From contig CAVWLN010000021.1 of NCBI GenBank assembly GCA_963755735.1, positions 9,789-73,788 of the forward strand: a DNA stretch of 64,000 nt, in the 5' to 3' direction. The translations under genes and the position numbers were made by a program. Of this stretch, positions 11,391-22,710 are shown one piece after another; position 1 is the first letter of the stretch; each line of letters begins with the position of its first letter. This stretch comes from an uncultured Paenibacillaceae bacterium. Its GTDB lineage: Bacteria > Bacillota > Bacilli > Paenibacillales > DA-C8. The notes under the pieces are model-generated. The model was not told the origin of the DNA and searched no databases. It was given only the letters and a program-made list of their open reading frames with translations.

Positions 11391-12956
11391 GTGAAAAAGA
11401 GAAGGTCTATTCTCATGATCCTAAGCCTTATATTTGCTTTGTTGACAGCATGTACGAACAACGGGGGAACACCGCTTGCACAACAGTCAGATCATGATTT
11501 AGCATCCGCGGCAAACCAATCGGTAGGTAGCGGAAACGATGAGATCGTGCAATTGACGCTGTTTATTAACCATTCATGGTATCCGGTGAGAGAATGGAAA
11601 GGAACGATCGCCGAGGAGATTACGAGACGAACAGGTGTGAAGCTGGATGTCACGGTGGCGACAGATGATCAGCAGCTGCCACTGATGATCGCTTCCGGCG
11701 ACCTTCCCGATCTGGTGTTTACGTTAAGGGAACCAAGGCTTGAAAACTCGGAAATGTCGTATGCTTGGAATGAGCTGATCGAGCAGTACGCTCCGGATTT
11801 CGAGCTTGACCAGGCAAGAATAGCGGTAAACACTGCACAAGACGGCAATGTGTACACTGTGCTGAACGCTTTCGCAACACCTGAGGAATGGGAGAGCAAT
11901 CCGTATGCATTAGGCAACGACGGAAACCCCGGCATTGCGGTGCGGCAAGATATACTGGATGAGCTAGGAATCGATCAGATTACCACCTTGGATGAATTCA
12001 CTTCTGCGCTGGAGCTGGTCAAGAATCAATATCCAGATATGGTGCCGATGACGATGGATATCGAGTGGATTCCGCAATACTTCAAAATGCAATTCGGCAT
12101 TCCGCCTCATAGTTCATGGCACGAGCAGGACGGGGAGCTGAGGCATGTCATCACCCACCCTAACATGCTGGATTTTTATAAATTTATGAACTCGTTGTAC
12201 AGGAATGGCTATGTTCTCGCAGAGAACTTCACATACAGCAACGATCAGATCGATGATGAATATGCGACAACCGGTAGGGCATTTGCGCACAGCCATACGG
12301 TCAGCATAGCAGAAGCAGATATGGCGAAAGCTGCGAATCAAGGCAACGATTATACATTCACCATGCTGCCTTCTATTTTGACAGATCAAGCTTACAACCT
12401 GAGTACAGGAACCGGTTTCTCCGGCGTTTATATTACGAAGAACAATCGCAATCCAGCCAAGTCGATCGAGTTCCTGAAGTTTTTGGCTAGTAAGGAAGGC
12501 AAGGAACTGGTGATGTTCGGCATCGAAGGGGAGCATTGGGAATGGCATGAAGACGGGTATCCGGTATTCCATTATGATGTTAATGATGCCGACTACGTCA
12601 ACAGCGAAGGCTTGAAGTGGTGGTACTTATATTCGGATGCGATCGTGGAAGGATTGCGCGGATACGTACCAGGCACACAGACGACGAAAGCATTGCAGGA
12701 AATCAAGGAAATTACAGAATATAAGCCGTCTATCGGCATGGTGAAAATCGAGGATGGTACGAACGAACGGGTCATTTTCGATAAGATCGATGAAATGGTG
12801 ATTAATGAACAAATTAAAATTTATTTGGCCGAATCGGAGGAAGCTGCTGAACAAGCGTATGCGAATATGCTGAAGATTGCGGAGGATATCGGCTTGCGCG
12901 ATCTGGAAAGCTGGGCCACTGAAGAATATCACAAGAAGCAAGCGCTTTTTGAATAA
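11391..12956 (+). CDS. Sugar ABC solute-binding lipoprotein, LplA-like (module 2)
   Basis: Lipobox LLTAC; IASGDLPD motif; 521 aa. Confidence 0.9.
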   Translation: MKKRRSILMILSLIFALLTACTNNGGTPLAQQSDHDLASAANQSVGSGNDEIVQLTLFINHSWYPVREWKGTIAEEITRRTGVKLDVTVATDDQQLPLMIASGDLPDLVFTLREPRLENSEMSYAWNELIEQYAPDFELDQARIAVNTAQDGNVYTVLNAFATPEEWESNPYALGNDGNPGIAVRQDILDELGIDQITTLDEFTSALELVKNQYPDMVPMTMDIEWIPQYFKMQFGIPPHSSWHEQDGELRHVITHPNMLDFYKFMNSLYRNGYVLAENFTYSNDQIDDEYATTGRAFAHSHTVSIAEADMAKAANQGNDYTFTMLPSILTDQAYNLSTGTGFSGVYITKNNRNPAKSIEFLKFLASKEGKELVMFGIEGEHWEWHEDGYPVFHYDVNDADYVNSEGLKWWYLYSDAIVEGLRGYVPGTQTTKALQEIKEITEYKPSIGMVKIEDGTNERVIFDKIDEMVINEQIKIYLAESEEAAEQAYANMLKIAEDIGLRDLESWATEEYHKKQALFE

Positions 12957-12975
12957 TGTCCTGGAAGTCACGAGA

Positions 12976-13000
12976 ATAGGGGTCTTGCTTAGACCCCTAT
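12976..13000 (+). terminator. Hairpin after SBP2
   Basis: ATAGGGGTCT-TGCTT-AGACCCCTAT. Confidence 0.6.
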
Positions 13001-13053
13001 GTCCGTTATACTGAAAAAGAACAGATGGCTGCTGTAAGGGACGTGTTGATTCA

Positions 13054-14820
13054 TTGAGAGCTTTTTTCTCCAGAATCGGAATTGTCAAAAAGATGGTACT
13101 CGGCTACTTTATTCTTATCTTTATACCGGTTATCGCCTTCGGCTTATATTACTATAATGAGCTTTATACGAGTATGCTTGAAGAGTACGCAAGCGGTAAA
13201 CAGCAAATTATCGAACAAGCTTATGCCAACCTAAGAATCGATCTGCTGCAGCTTGAATCCAATTATGGACTGTTTCAGTACAATTCCAATGTCATCGATT
13301 ATTTAAGCGGAGTGCATCAATCCGATTGGGAGTATGTGTATGCCTTTCAGAAACATATCCATCCCTTGCTGTCGTATGCGCTTTATGGCAATTCAAATAT
13401 TAAGCATATTCGGATTTACAAAGATATCGAGCATGTCTTTACAGCCCCTGAATACATTATCGACCGCGCAAGGTTACCGGAGGAGCTGCAAGCTGAACTG
13501 GAGCAGCTATTGCCGGGTCGAGGCAAGTGGTTCCACCAGCTGTCCGCATCGAATGAATGGTTTTTCACTTACTATCAGAACATGTATGCCGACCGGTTCT
13601 CGAAGCAAGTCGGCGTGCTGGCCGTTGAGGCTGATGATCGGCTCATTCATAAATTTGTCGAGACATTAAGCAATGAAGGACGCTCAGAAGTTTACTTATT
13701 CACCGAAGGCTTCTCGTCCCATTCCTCGGACATTCGGGAAGATTTGAAGCAGAAAATTCAAGAGGCGGAGTCCGATTATTTTTTTCTAGACAATCAGACA
13801 TTGCTGGTGAACCACCTGATGATTGAGGAGTTGGGGGTAAGGGCAGCTGTTGTCAGTCAGGTGGATGATATTTTTGCTACCATGAATGAAAAGAAAAGAT
13901 TGTTCATCATGACGATGACAGGACTGCTGCTAATCTTGTCAGGCATTTATTACTTACTGACGATCTCTGTGATGAAGCGTCTCTCACGGCTAGCCAGACA
14001 TATGAGACAGGTCGGAGAAAACAATTTCAAAACCTTGGATCATCGAGATGATCAAGATGAGATCGGGTATTTGACGTATACGTATAACTCCATGCTCCAA
14101 CGCATTGATGAGCTTGTGAATAAGGTGCAACGCTCGGAACTGCTAAGAAAAGAAGTCGCTTATAAGATCCTGCAAGCACAGGTCAAACCGCATTTTCTGT
14201 ACAACACTTTGGAGACGATCCGCATGCTGGCAGAAACGAACGAAGATCATGAAGTGGCCGACATTGCCTATTCCTTCGGTCAGCTGATGCGTTACAGCCT
14301 TTCGAATGACCATGAGCAGTTTACCTTACGAGATGAAGTGAAAAATATTGATCATTATATGAAAATCCAAAAAATTCGTCTAGGAAGAAGGCTTGCATAT
14401 GAGTTCATCGTCGAAACGGATGTCGAGCAAATTCCTTGTCCGCAATTCATCTTGCAGCCGCTCGTAGAAAATTGCATCGTACACGGCCTAGCTGTAGCGC
14501 GGAAAACTTGCCGTATCCTTATTCATATTTACGAAGACGAGCACTACGTATTCATTCAGATTTCTGACGATGGCGTAGGGATTCCTCAGGAGAGGCTGGA
14601 GCGAATTAGACAAGTATTGAACAATCAACTCGATATCCGGGATTTCTCCACCTATGACGGAGGACATGGGCTCTACAATGTAAGCGAACGAATCAAGTCC
14701 TTCTATGGAGAGGATTCGCGCATGGAGATTGCGAGCCAACCGAATGCAGGAACTGTATTCAAACTATATTTGAATCGAAAAGGAATGTTCAAGCATGCTG
14801 AAGCTGTTGGTAGTCGATGA
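13054..14820 (+). CDS. YesM-type sensor histidine kinase (module 2)
   Basis: Two TMs, HAMP, QAQVKPHFLYNT, QPLVEN, DDGVG. Confidence 0.92.
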   Translation: MRAFFSRIGIVKKMVLGYFILIFIPVIAFGLYYYNELYTSMLEEYASGKQQIIEQAYANLRIDLLQLESNYGLFQYNSNVIDYLSGVHQSDWEYVYAFQKHIHPLLSYALYGNSNIKHIRIYKDIEHVFTAPEYIIDRARLPEELQAELEQLLPGRGKWFHQLSASNEWFFTYYQNMYADRFSKQVGVLAVEADDRLIHKFVETLSNEGRSEVYLFTEGFSSHSSDIREDLKQKIQEAESDYFFLDNQTLLVNHLMIEELGVRAAVVSQVDDIFATMNEKKRLFIMTMTGLLLILSGIYYLLTISVMKRLSRLARHMRQVGENNFKTLDHRDDQDEIGYLTYTYNSMLQRIDELVNKVQRSELLRKEVAYKILQAQVKPHFLYNTLETIRMLAETNEDHEVADIAYSFGQLMRYSLSNDHEQFTLRDEVKNIDHYMKIQKIRLGRRLAYEFIVETDVEQIPCPQFILQPLVENCIVHGLAVARKTCRILIHIYEDEHYVFIQISDDGVGIPQERLERIRQVLNNQLDIRDFSTYDGGHGLYNVSERIKSFYGEDSRMEIASQPNAGTVFKLYLNRKGMFKHAEAVGSR

Positions 14821-15544
14821 CGAGATGGTGATCTTGCAAGGCATCGTCAAAATCATCCGCGAAGCGAAAACGCCGTTCATTCTTATAGAAACGGCTTTAG
14901 ACGCCATTGAAGCTTTATCGATCGTACCGCACTTTCAACCTGACTTGATTATTACAGATATCAATATGCCTGAGCTAAACGGACTTGACTTTATCCAGAA
15001 AGTGAAGCAGCGCAAATGGTGCAAGCGCTTTATTATCCTTACGGGCTACGATGAGTTTGCTTATGCCAAGCAAGCGATTCAAATGCAAGTGATCGATTAT
15101 TTGTTGAAGCCGATTGACAAATACGAAATGGTCTCCTTGCTCCATACCATATCGAAAGAGATTATCGAGGAACAGGGAGCTTGGGAGAAGCAGCAAAACA
15201 AGCACGAGTCAGAATACTGTCGTCATGTGGAGATGATGCTGAGCTACATTGCCAATCACTATCATCAGGATCTCTCATTGATCCAGTTATCCGAACTGAC
15301 TGGCCTGCATCCAAACTATATTAGTCAATTGTTTAAAAGGGAGACAGGAGTCGCATTCATTCAATATTTGCATGGCATTCGAATCGAAAAGGCAAAGCAG
15401 CTGCTGCTCAGCAACCATGCATTGCCTGTGCAGACGATAGGCAATCAGGTTGGATTTGAGAACCCTCAGCATTTCATGAAAGTATTCAAGAAGCTGACGG
15501 GCTTCACCCCGGGGGCTTATCGAGAAAGTCAAAACCGCACATAA
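14795..15544 (+). CDS. YesN-type response regulator (module 2)
   Basis: VVDDE, TDINMP, AraC HTH. Confidence 0.92.
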   Translation: MLKLLVVDDEMVILQGIVKIIREAKTPFILIETALDAIEALSIVPHFQPDLIITDINMPELNGLDFIQKVKQRKWCKRFIILTGYDEFAYAKQAIQMQVIDYLLKPIDKYEMVSLLHTISKEIIEEQGAWEKQQNKHESEYCRHVEMMLSYIANHYHQDLSLIQLSELTGLHPNYISQLFKRETGVAFIQYLHGIRIEKAKQLLLSNHALPVQTIGNQVGFENPQHFMKVFKKLTGFTPGAYRESQNRT

Positions 15545-15560
15545 CAAGGAGGTTAAGTAG

Positions 15561-17870
15561 ATGTCAGGTATCCTTTATTATACCCAGCCGGCCAATGATT
15601 GGAATGAGGCGCTGCCGATTGGGAACGGGCGTATGGGCGCTATGATCTTCGGAGATCCGATTCATGAGCGGTGCGAGTTGAACGAAGACTCGCTTTGGTA
15701 TGGAGGTCCGAGGGATCGCAACAATCCTGATGCTGCGAAAGTGCTGCCTGAAATCCGCAGGCTCATATTCGCAGGGAAGCCGAAGGAAGCAGAGCGCTTA
15801 GCCGTACTGGGCTTGTCAGGGCTGCCCGAAACACAGCGGCATTATGAACCATTAGGGCGACTCTTGCTTGACTTCGACGATATGCAGCAAGCTCATATTA
15901 CGAGCTATCAACGAAGCTTAGATTTGCAGCGTGCGATCGTCACCACCTCTTTCCGGCACCGGGGTGTGCTGCATTCGCGGGAGAGCTTTGCCAGCTATCC
16001 AGAGCAAGCGATCTTGTTCAGAATGACTGCCGATCGGCCAGGACAAATCTCCTTAACCGTCCGCCTCGATCGGGCTAATTGGCGATATGTAGATCATACA
16101 GGTAGACAAGGATCGGATACGATCTATATGAAAGGGGTCGCCGGCGGGGAAGGGGGCGTCGCTTTTGCCGCGGCGGTGCGAGCGAATGTCGAGGGAGGAA
16201 CGCTTGCCGCGATAGGGGAGCGACTCGTCATCAAGAACGCGGACAGTGTAACGCTCATCATCACCGCAGCTACAACATATAGGGAGTCTGAGCCTCTCCA
16301 GCACTGCCTTCTAAATGCTGAGAATGTAGCGGCGAAGACATACGAGGAACAGCTTGCCCGCCATATCGAAGACTACCAACGTTTATTTCATCGGGTCACT
16401 CTCGATTTAGGAGACAGTGGGCAGGAAGCACTCCCTGTGCCGGAACGTCTGAAGCGAATCCGTCAGGGTGAAGAAGATTTGGCGCTTATCGCGTTATATT
16501 TTCAATACGGCAGATACTTGCTGATCGCCTCCAGCCGCCCCGGCTCGCTCCCTGCTAATCTGCAAGGGATATGGAACCATCAATGGCTGCCGCCTTGGGA
16601 CAGCAAATATACTATTAACATCAATACACAAATGAATTATTGGCCTGCGGAAACTTGCGCCTTATCCGAATGCCATAAGCCGTTGTTCGAGCTGATCGAG
16701 CGCTTAAGAGCGCCGGGAAGGATTACAGCGCAAAAGATGTACGGATGCCGCGGATTTACGGCTCATCACAATACGGACATTTGGGCGGATACGGCGCCGC
16801 AGGATACGTATGTTCCCGCCTCCTATTGGCCGATGGGCGCAGCTTGGCTCTGTCTGCATCTATGGGAGCATTATCGGTTTACGCAAGAGATCCACTTTCT
16901 CGAGCAAGCCCGCGAGACTTTAGTAGAAGCCGCCATGTTTGTGCTCGATTATCTCGTGGCAGGACCGAGCGGCGAAATGGTGACATGTCCCTCGGTGTCC
17001 CCTGAGAATACTTATCGCTTGCCTAACGGGGAGACCGGGGTGTTGTGTGCTGGCCCATCCATGGACACGCAAATCATTCGCGCATTATTTCACGCTTGTC
17101 TCGAAACAGAGCACATCTTAGCAGAGAAGTGCGGGAAGGAGATGGATCATGCGTTGATCCGCCAGCTGGAGCAGATGCTGAGCAAGCTCCCAAAGGAGAA
17201 AATCGGCAAACGCGGCACGATTCAGGAGTGGTATGAAGACTATGAGGAAGTGGAGCCTGGTCACCGCCACATCTCACATTTATTCGCTCTGCATCCGGGT
17301 GATCAGATTACGCCGCGTCAAACTCCGGAGCTTGCACAAGCAGCGCGGCGCACGCTAGAGAGAAGATTGGCACATGGTGGTGGTCATACAGGCTGGAGCC
17401 GGGCGTGGATCGTTAATTTTTGGGCGAGGCTCGAGGATGGGGATCAGGCCTATGACAATGTAAAGGCTTTGTTAAGTCAATCTACGCTCCCGAATTTGCT
17501 GGACAATCATCCTCCGTTTCAGATCGACGGCAATTTCGGAGGCACTGCTGGAATCGCCGAGATGCTCCTGCAAAGCCATGAAGGGTTCGTCCACCTGCTG
17601 CCAGCCCTGCCGAAGGCTTGGTCATCCGGCCATGTGAAGGGCTTGCGGGCGCGGGGCGGATATGAGGTAGAGATCAAATGGTCGGACGGACGCTTGGTAG
17701 TAGCTCATCTTGCAGCCAAGTACGCCGGGATATGCAAGGTCAGGGTGCCGCATGAAATCGAGGTCTATTGCTGCGGTCAGAAAGTAGACGTGTTGAACGA
17801 TGCGGAGCATCTCGACCTCATCGCGTTTGAAGTGTTGGCCGATCACGCATACGTGCTTAAAGCAGTGTGA
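15561..17870 (+). CDS. GH95 glycoside hydrolase (alpha-L-fucosidase family)
   Basis: [46 protein letters not shown]; no signal peptide. Confidence 0.92.
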   Translation: MSGILYYTQPANDWNEALPIGNGRMGAMIFGDPIHERCELNEDSLWYGGPRDRNNPDAAKVLPEIRRLIFAGKPKEAERLAVLGLSGLPETQRHYEPLGRLLLDFDDMQQAHITSYQRSLDLQRAIVTTSFRHRGVLHSRESFASYPEQAILFRMTADRPGQISLTVRLDRANWRYVDHTGRQGSDTIYMKGVAGGEGGVAFAAAVRANVEGGTLAAIGERLVIKNADSVTLIITAATTYRESEPLQHCLLNAENVAAKTYEEQLARHIEDYQRLFHRVTLDLGDSGQEALPVPERLKRIRQGEEDLALIALYFQYGRYLLIASSRPGSLPANLQGIWNHQWLPPWDSKYTININTQMNYWPAETCALSECHKPLFELIERLRAPGRITAQKMYGCRGFTAHHNTDIWADTAPQDTYVPASYWPMGAAWLCLHLWEHYRFTQEIHFLEQARETLVEAAMFVLDYLVAGPSGEMVTCPSVSPENTYRLPNGETGVLCAGPSMDTQIIRALFHACLETEHILAEKCGKEMDHALIRQLEQMLSKLPKEKIGKRGTIQEWYEDYEEVEPGHRHISHLFALHPGDQITPRQTPELAQAARRTLERRLAHGGGHTGWSRAWIVNFWARLEDGDQAYDNVKALLSQSTLPNLLDNHPPFQIDGNFGGTAGIAEMLLQSHEGFVHLLPALPKAWSSGHVKGLRARGGYEVEIKWSDGRLVVAHLAAKYAGICKVRVPHEIEVYCCGQKVDVLNDAEHLDLIAFEVLADHAYVLKAV

Positions 17871-18058
17871 GATTATGGGCGGACGGTGACGGCGAACGTC
17901 GCAGAAAAAAATGGGATATACAATTGTCTTGTGATTTTTGCGTTTAGCAGTTAACCTTTCGCCCAACTTTATATATAATTGGATAGAACTCATTGATTCA
18001 CGAACAATGAATGAAGTACATGCTTATGTTTTTATCACGTAGGGAGGCATAGCAACGT

Positions 18059-18937
18059 ATGAGAATCGGAGCAGTAGAAGCTGGAGGCACCAAGATTGTA
18101 TGCGGGATTGGCAATGAGCATGGAAAAATTGAAGAAAGCATTCAATTTCCTACTGAACATCCAGAGCCGACATTGGCGAAGATTATCGATTACTTTCGTG
18201 ATAAAGAAGTGGAAGCGATCGGGATCGGTTCCTTTGGACCGATTGAGCTGAACAAGCAGAGCCCGCAGTACGGGTTTGTGACGACGACACCGAAGCCGGG
18301 CTGGGCAGGCTTTGACTTTCTCGGAACATTGCGGAAGGAGTTCGATGTTCCGTTCGGTTGGGATACGGATGTGAACGCAGCGGCCTTCGGAGAAGCGAAG
18401 TGGGGCGCAGCCCAAGGTTTAGACAGCTGCGTCTATTATACGATCGGAACAGGCGTCGGCATTGGAATCTTTACGGAAGGCAAGCTAGTCCATGGTCTAG
18501 TTCATCCAGAAGCTGGCCACGTACTCGTTCGTCGGCATCCGGATGACGACTTCGCAGGTAATTGCCCATATCACGGGGATTGTCTAGAAGGGATGGCTGC
18601 CGGTCCGGCACTGGAAGCCCGTTGGAAGATGAAGGGCGTCAGCATACCGGAAGACCATGAAGCGTGGAAGATTGAGGCGTATTATATCGGACAAGCAGTG
18701 GCGAATATGATCCTTACCGTCTCACCGAAGAAAGTGATTCTCGGCGGCGGGGTCATGAAACAGCGCCAGATGTTCCCAATGATTCGTGAGGAAGTTAAGC
18801 GAATCCTGAACGGGTACGTCAGCGCGGATGCCGTCACGGAGAATATCGAGCAATATATTGTCCCTCCGGGACTGGGTGACTTGGCCGGATTGACCGGGGC
18901 GTTGGCACTTGGTCTGGAAGCCTTGCAAAATGGCTGA
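18059..18937 (+). CDS. ROK-family sugar kinase, probable fructokinase
   Basis: EAGGTK, DTDVNAAA, TIGTGVG, HPEAGH, CPYHGDCLEG Zn motif. Confidence 0.88.
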   Translation: MRIGAVEAGGTKIVCGIGNEHGKIEESIQFPTEHPEPTLAKIIDYFRDKEVEAIGIGSFGPIELNKQSPQYGFVTTTPKPGWAGFDFLGTLRKEFDVPFGWDTDVNAAAFGEAKWGAAQGLDSCVYYTIGTGVGIGIFTEGKLVHGLVHPEAGHVLVRRHPDDDFAGNCPYHGDCLEGMAAGPALEARWKMKGVSIPEDHEAWKIEAYYIGQAVANMILTVSPKKVILGGGVMKQRQMFPMIREEVKRILNGYVSADAVTENIEQYIVPPGLGDLAGLTGALALGLEALQNG

Positions 18938-18999
18938 AAGCGCCCGTCCGTAAGTTGAGGACTTACTATCGCGGCCGCCTTAACAAAACGGAAGTGCGG

Positions 19000-19200
19000 A
19001 TAGCGGAAGCGAAAGTTCCTTTATTCGGGCAAAATGGGGCAAATTGCTGAAATAAGAGAATCGTTAGTTCCTCTATTGTGGATGCAGCCGCGAAAAACGG
19101 CGCATTTCGCCCGTTTCGTAGCAAATAGCGGAAGTTTCACTTCCGCTATTTCAGGAAAAACGGTCAAATTTCGGAAATAAGGGAACTTTGGCTTCCTTTT
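19000..19200. repeat. Four-unit palindromic array (element A)
   Basis: Units AATAG/AxGGAA-N7-TTCCxxTATT at ~19000, 19050, 19123 and 19175; unit 1 is near-complementary to unit 4. Confidence 0.75.
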
Positions 19201-19247
19201 GACTTTCCTTTTGACTATCCTTATGATATTTTGCAAGCAAGTCATAC

Positions 19248-19278
19248 AAATAACCCTCGCGGCGGCGGGGTTATTTTT
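19248..19278. terminator. Bidirectional terminator between ROK kinase and MFS
   Basis: AAATAACCC..GC...GC..GGGTTATTTTT. Confidence 0.65.
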
Positions 19279-19281
19279 CAT

Positions 19282-20814
19282 TTATGAACGATTTCCGTCT
19301 GCGGCTGATTTGCGCCGAACGATCGGAGAAGTCGCTTGCGTTCGGGGCAACCAAACGATCAGGAAGAACGTGATCAGGGCGAGCAGGAAGGAGGAAACAT
19401 ATACGCTGCTTAGCCCGTGCGCCAGTCCGTCCTGCAGTAGCGTAAGGACGGACTCATCCAACGGGGGACGGTTCGGATCGAGCAGCAAATTGGCATCGTC
19501 CAGCTCCACGGGAGTGTGGATCGTGTCAGCGTTTTGCTGCATGTAGGCAGCGTAACGAGTATTGAGGATGCCGGCCAAAACGGAGGCGCCGATGGTCGAT
19601 CCGGATATTCGCATAAACATCATCAACGCCGTGGCCGAGCCGCGCATATTCCAATCTGTGCTTCCTTGGACGATTAATAAGGAAGCGGTTGACAACAGCC
19701 CGAGCCCGACCCCTGTAAGGAAAGCCCCGCTGCCAGCATAAACAGGCCCGTATTCAGGCTTCAGCAGCACGAAAATGATCGTGCCCAGAATGATGGCCAC
19801 GCAGCCGCTAACCGACATGCGGCGCAGTCCGATGCGATGCATGTATCGGCCGCCGATCGTCGAGGCAAGCGGCCAGCCGATCGACATCATGCCGAGGGTA
19901 AAGCCTGCGATGGACGGGGAATAACCCATGATCCCCTGCACATAAGTAGGCAAGAAGGTCGAGATGCCGATCAGAACCATGTGCGAGGTAAGCGCTGTTA
20001 AATTGCTGATCACAATCGTTCGATTTTGCCATAGCGACAGCGGCATCAGCGGCTCCGGTGCGACTTGTTCTCTTCTTATGAAGGCGAACAGTCCGACCGC
20101 AAACACGATCGCGAGAACGACGACGGATGTGGATTGCCACGGCCAAAGTGAGCCGCTGCCAATAAATAACGTCATCAGCGAGCCGATCGTAATAAGCAGC
20201 ATGATGGAGCCTGCGTAATCGATTTGTGTTTTTTGCTTGTCCAATTGTTCTTTGAAGAAGAAGTGCAGTCCGAACAAAGTCAAGATGCCGAACGGAACAT
20301 TAATCCAGAATACCCACTGCCAGCCGACGAATTGCACGAAGATACCGCCCAGAGCGGGTCCGGTCACAGACGAGAAAGCCCATACACTCGACAGATATCC
20401 TTGCACCTTCCCCCGTTCTTCAAGCGGATAGATGTCACTTACAATGGTCATTGCAAGCGGTTGCACAGCTCCTGCTCCGATTCCTTGAATCAAGCGGTAA
20501 ACGATCAGCGTCAGCATGGAGGTAGCAAACCCGCACAGCACAGATCCGATCAGGAAGACGATCATCCCAAACGTAAACACTGGCTTGCGGCCGAACAAGT
20601 CTGACAGCTTGCCGTATATCGGAATCGTCACCGCCTGCATCAGCAGGAAGATCGAAAATACCATCGCGTATGATTGAAATCCGCCAAGCTCGCTGACGAT
20701 GCTGGGCATGGCAGTGGAGACGATCGTCGCTTCGATCGCTGTGATAAACATGGCAATCATAACGGTAGCTAGAACGACGGGGCGGTTTGTTTTTTGCTGG
20801 ATGAAAGATTTCAT
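19282..20814 (-). CDS. MFS drug-efflux transporter (DHA2/14-TM type)
   Basis: IEATIVSTAMP, GKLSDLFGRK motif A, WVFWINVPFG. Confidence 0.9.
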   Translation of the reverse strand: MKSFIQQKTNRPVVLATVMIAMFITAIEATIVSTAMPSIVSELGGFQSYAMVFSIFLLMQAVTIPIYGKLSDLFGRKPVFTFGMIVFLIGSVLCGFATSMLTLIVYRLIQGIGAGAVQPLAMTIVSDIYPLEERGKVQGYLSSVWAFSSVTGPALGGIFVQFVGWQWVFWINVPFGILTLFGLHFFFKEQLDKQKTQIDYAGSIMLLITIGSLMTLFIGSGSLWPWQSTSVVVLAIVFAVGLFAFIRREQVAPEPLMPLSLWQNRTIVISNLTALTSHMVLIGISTFLPTYVQGIMGYSPSIAGFTLGMMSIGWPLASTIGGRYMHRIGLRRMSVSGCVAIILGTIIFVLLKPEYGPVYAGSGAFLTGVGLGLLSTASLLIVQGSTDWNMRGSATALMMFMRISGSTIGASVLAGILNTRYAAYMQQNADTIHTPVELDDANLLLDPNRPPLDESVLTLLQDGLAHGLSSVYVSSFLLALITFFLIVWLPRTQATSPIVRRKSAADGNRS

Positions 20815-21001
20815 ATGCCACCTCTGGTTGGTTTGTGATAAAATAAATAATTAGTCCAATATGTACATATTTCCATAAAACTTTCTTCCTGTATGATCTA
20901 TTCCGCAGAAGGGAAATGAACCATAAATGTCGAAAGGATGCATTTGGACTTGAAACATGAAGTTTTATTCAGCAACCTCTTAAAGAAGGGGTAGTTTTTT
21001 T

Positions 21002-22667
21002 ATGATATTGGAAACTTTGCTAAGCTGGAGCGATCTCATCGTTTTCTTGATTTTGTCTGCGATATCTATTGTCGTACTATCAATGAACGAAATCAAGCAA
21101 TTACAAAAAATTTATGTATGGTTTCATCTGGCCATACATCTTTGGCCATTCGGTCAATTCTCACTCAATTTGACGGATGATCTACGGTATCAATGGATCT
21201 ATGTCAACATTTCATTCCTGGGAATTATTCTGACCAGTTTCTTATGGTTTGTCATCTCCCTGTTCTTTACGCTCAGATTGAATCGCTTGCGCACGGCAAT
21301 TACCCGCCTGGCTATACTTCCACCGCTCGTGATTGCGATTCTTATTTCCTTAAATCCTTGGCTATATTGGTTTGCAGAGCCGATTGACGGAAGCTACATC
21401 TACCGCAGCTACGGACCGCTCTTCTGGGTTTTGGTTTGTATGGCCGGAACCTACGTCATCCTCGGTTGCCTGATGCTTATTTCTTCCTTACGAGTTCGCG
21501 GCGGCGGGCTGCGCAACCAAACCTTGCTTCTCGTGTTCGCACAGCTACTTCTTGTGACCTTCTGGGGTGCGGATATGATCCTCAACCTGAACAGCTTCGT
21601 AGATAAGGACATCTTACCTGGTTTAAGCTCGCTTGGCATCATGCTTTCCTATTTATGCTTTGCCGTTGCTGTGCAAAGATACAGCACATACAAGGTCGTA
21701 TCGTTAGCACATGATACCGTCATTGACTCGATGGACTCGGGACTGGTTGTTCTTAACGATAAAAATTTGGTCATCGACACGAACCAGACTGCCAAACGAT
21801 TCCTCGCCCTGACGACCGGTCACCCGTTTCCGATCGAGCATTGCATACGAATGTATGGACCCGCAAGATTCGGAAGATTTCCTGCACGTGTATACGAACA
21901 AACCGAGAGCGACTATTCAGGCGGAGCTCAACTCCTTAACCCCGACGATGCGCCATGTGTTGATGCGGATTCATCCAATTATTGAGCGGGGACAAGTGCT
22001 CGGTCGCATGATCACATTTCAAGATATAACAGATTGGCGCAGCATGGTCGAAGAATTGAACAGCAAAAATCGCGACTTATCCGCACGCAACAAGGAACTG
22101 ACAATCATTCAGGAGGAGCTGTACAGCGCGAATAAGAAGCTGGAGCTGATGGCGACGACAGACAGCTTAACGGGTTGCTATAACAGGCGGTATTTGCTGC
22201 AGATGATGGAATATCAAATTAGCGTAGACAATCGATATCGCGTTCCGTTTTCCATCATTTTGCTCGACATCGACTTTTTCAAGAGGACGAACGATACTTA
22301 TGGTCACCAGATCGGCGATCAAGTGTTGAAGCAGACGGCGGAAGTGATCGCGAAGCGGCTTCGCAAGACTGATATTTTCGCCAGATATGGCGGTGAGGAG
22401 TTTGCCATATTCCTGCCGCATACGAAGCACGAATGTGCGATGATGCTGGCGGAAGAGCTGCGCTCGCTAGTCGAGTCGAATGCGATTCGCACGGAGCGAG
22501 GGGAGATTACGGTAACGATCAGTGTCGGCATCGCCAGCTCAGATGAGGAAGATACGTTCATTGAAGACGTCAACGAATACATCGTGGAAATGATCGCCAA
22601 AGCGGATGCAGCATTGTACCGGGCCAAACATCTCGGCCGCAACCAAATTGCCGCAAGCGATCAATAA
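21002..22667 (+). CDS. Diguanylate cyclase with N-terminal 7TM sensor and PAS-like domain (one apparent indel ~21850)
   Basis: Seven hydrophobic segments, PAS-like region, coiled coil, DSLTG, DIDFFK.ND.YGH..GD, RKTD I-site, GGEEF. Confidence 0.88.
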
Positions 22668-22670
22668 TAT

Positions 22671-22692
22671 AGACAGGGCGTCAGCCCTGTCT
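22671..22692. terminator. Hairpin between convergent genes
   Basis: AGACAGGGC-GTCA-GCCCTGTCT. Confidence 0.6.
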
Positions 22693-22710
22693 ACTCATTG
22701 CTTGATCCAT

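Noticed and set aside
21855-22667. Hypr-type (cGAMP-making) GGDEF partner for the A20 riboswitch
   Set aside because: Signature Asp is retained (GHQIGD), indicating a conventional diguanylate cyclase.
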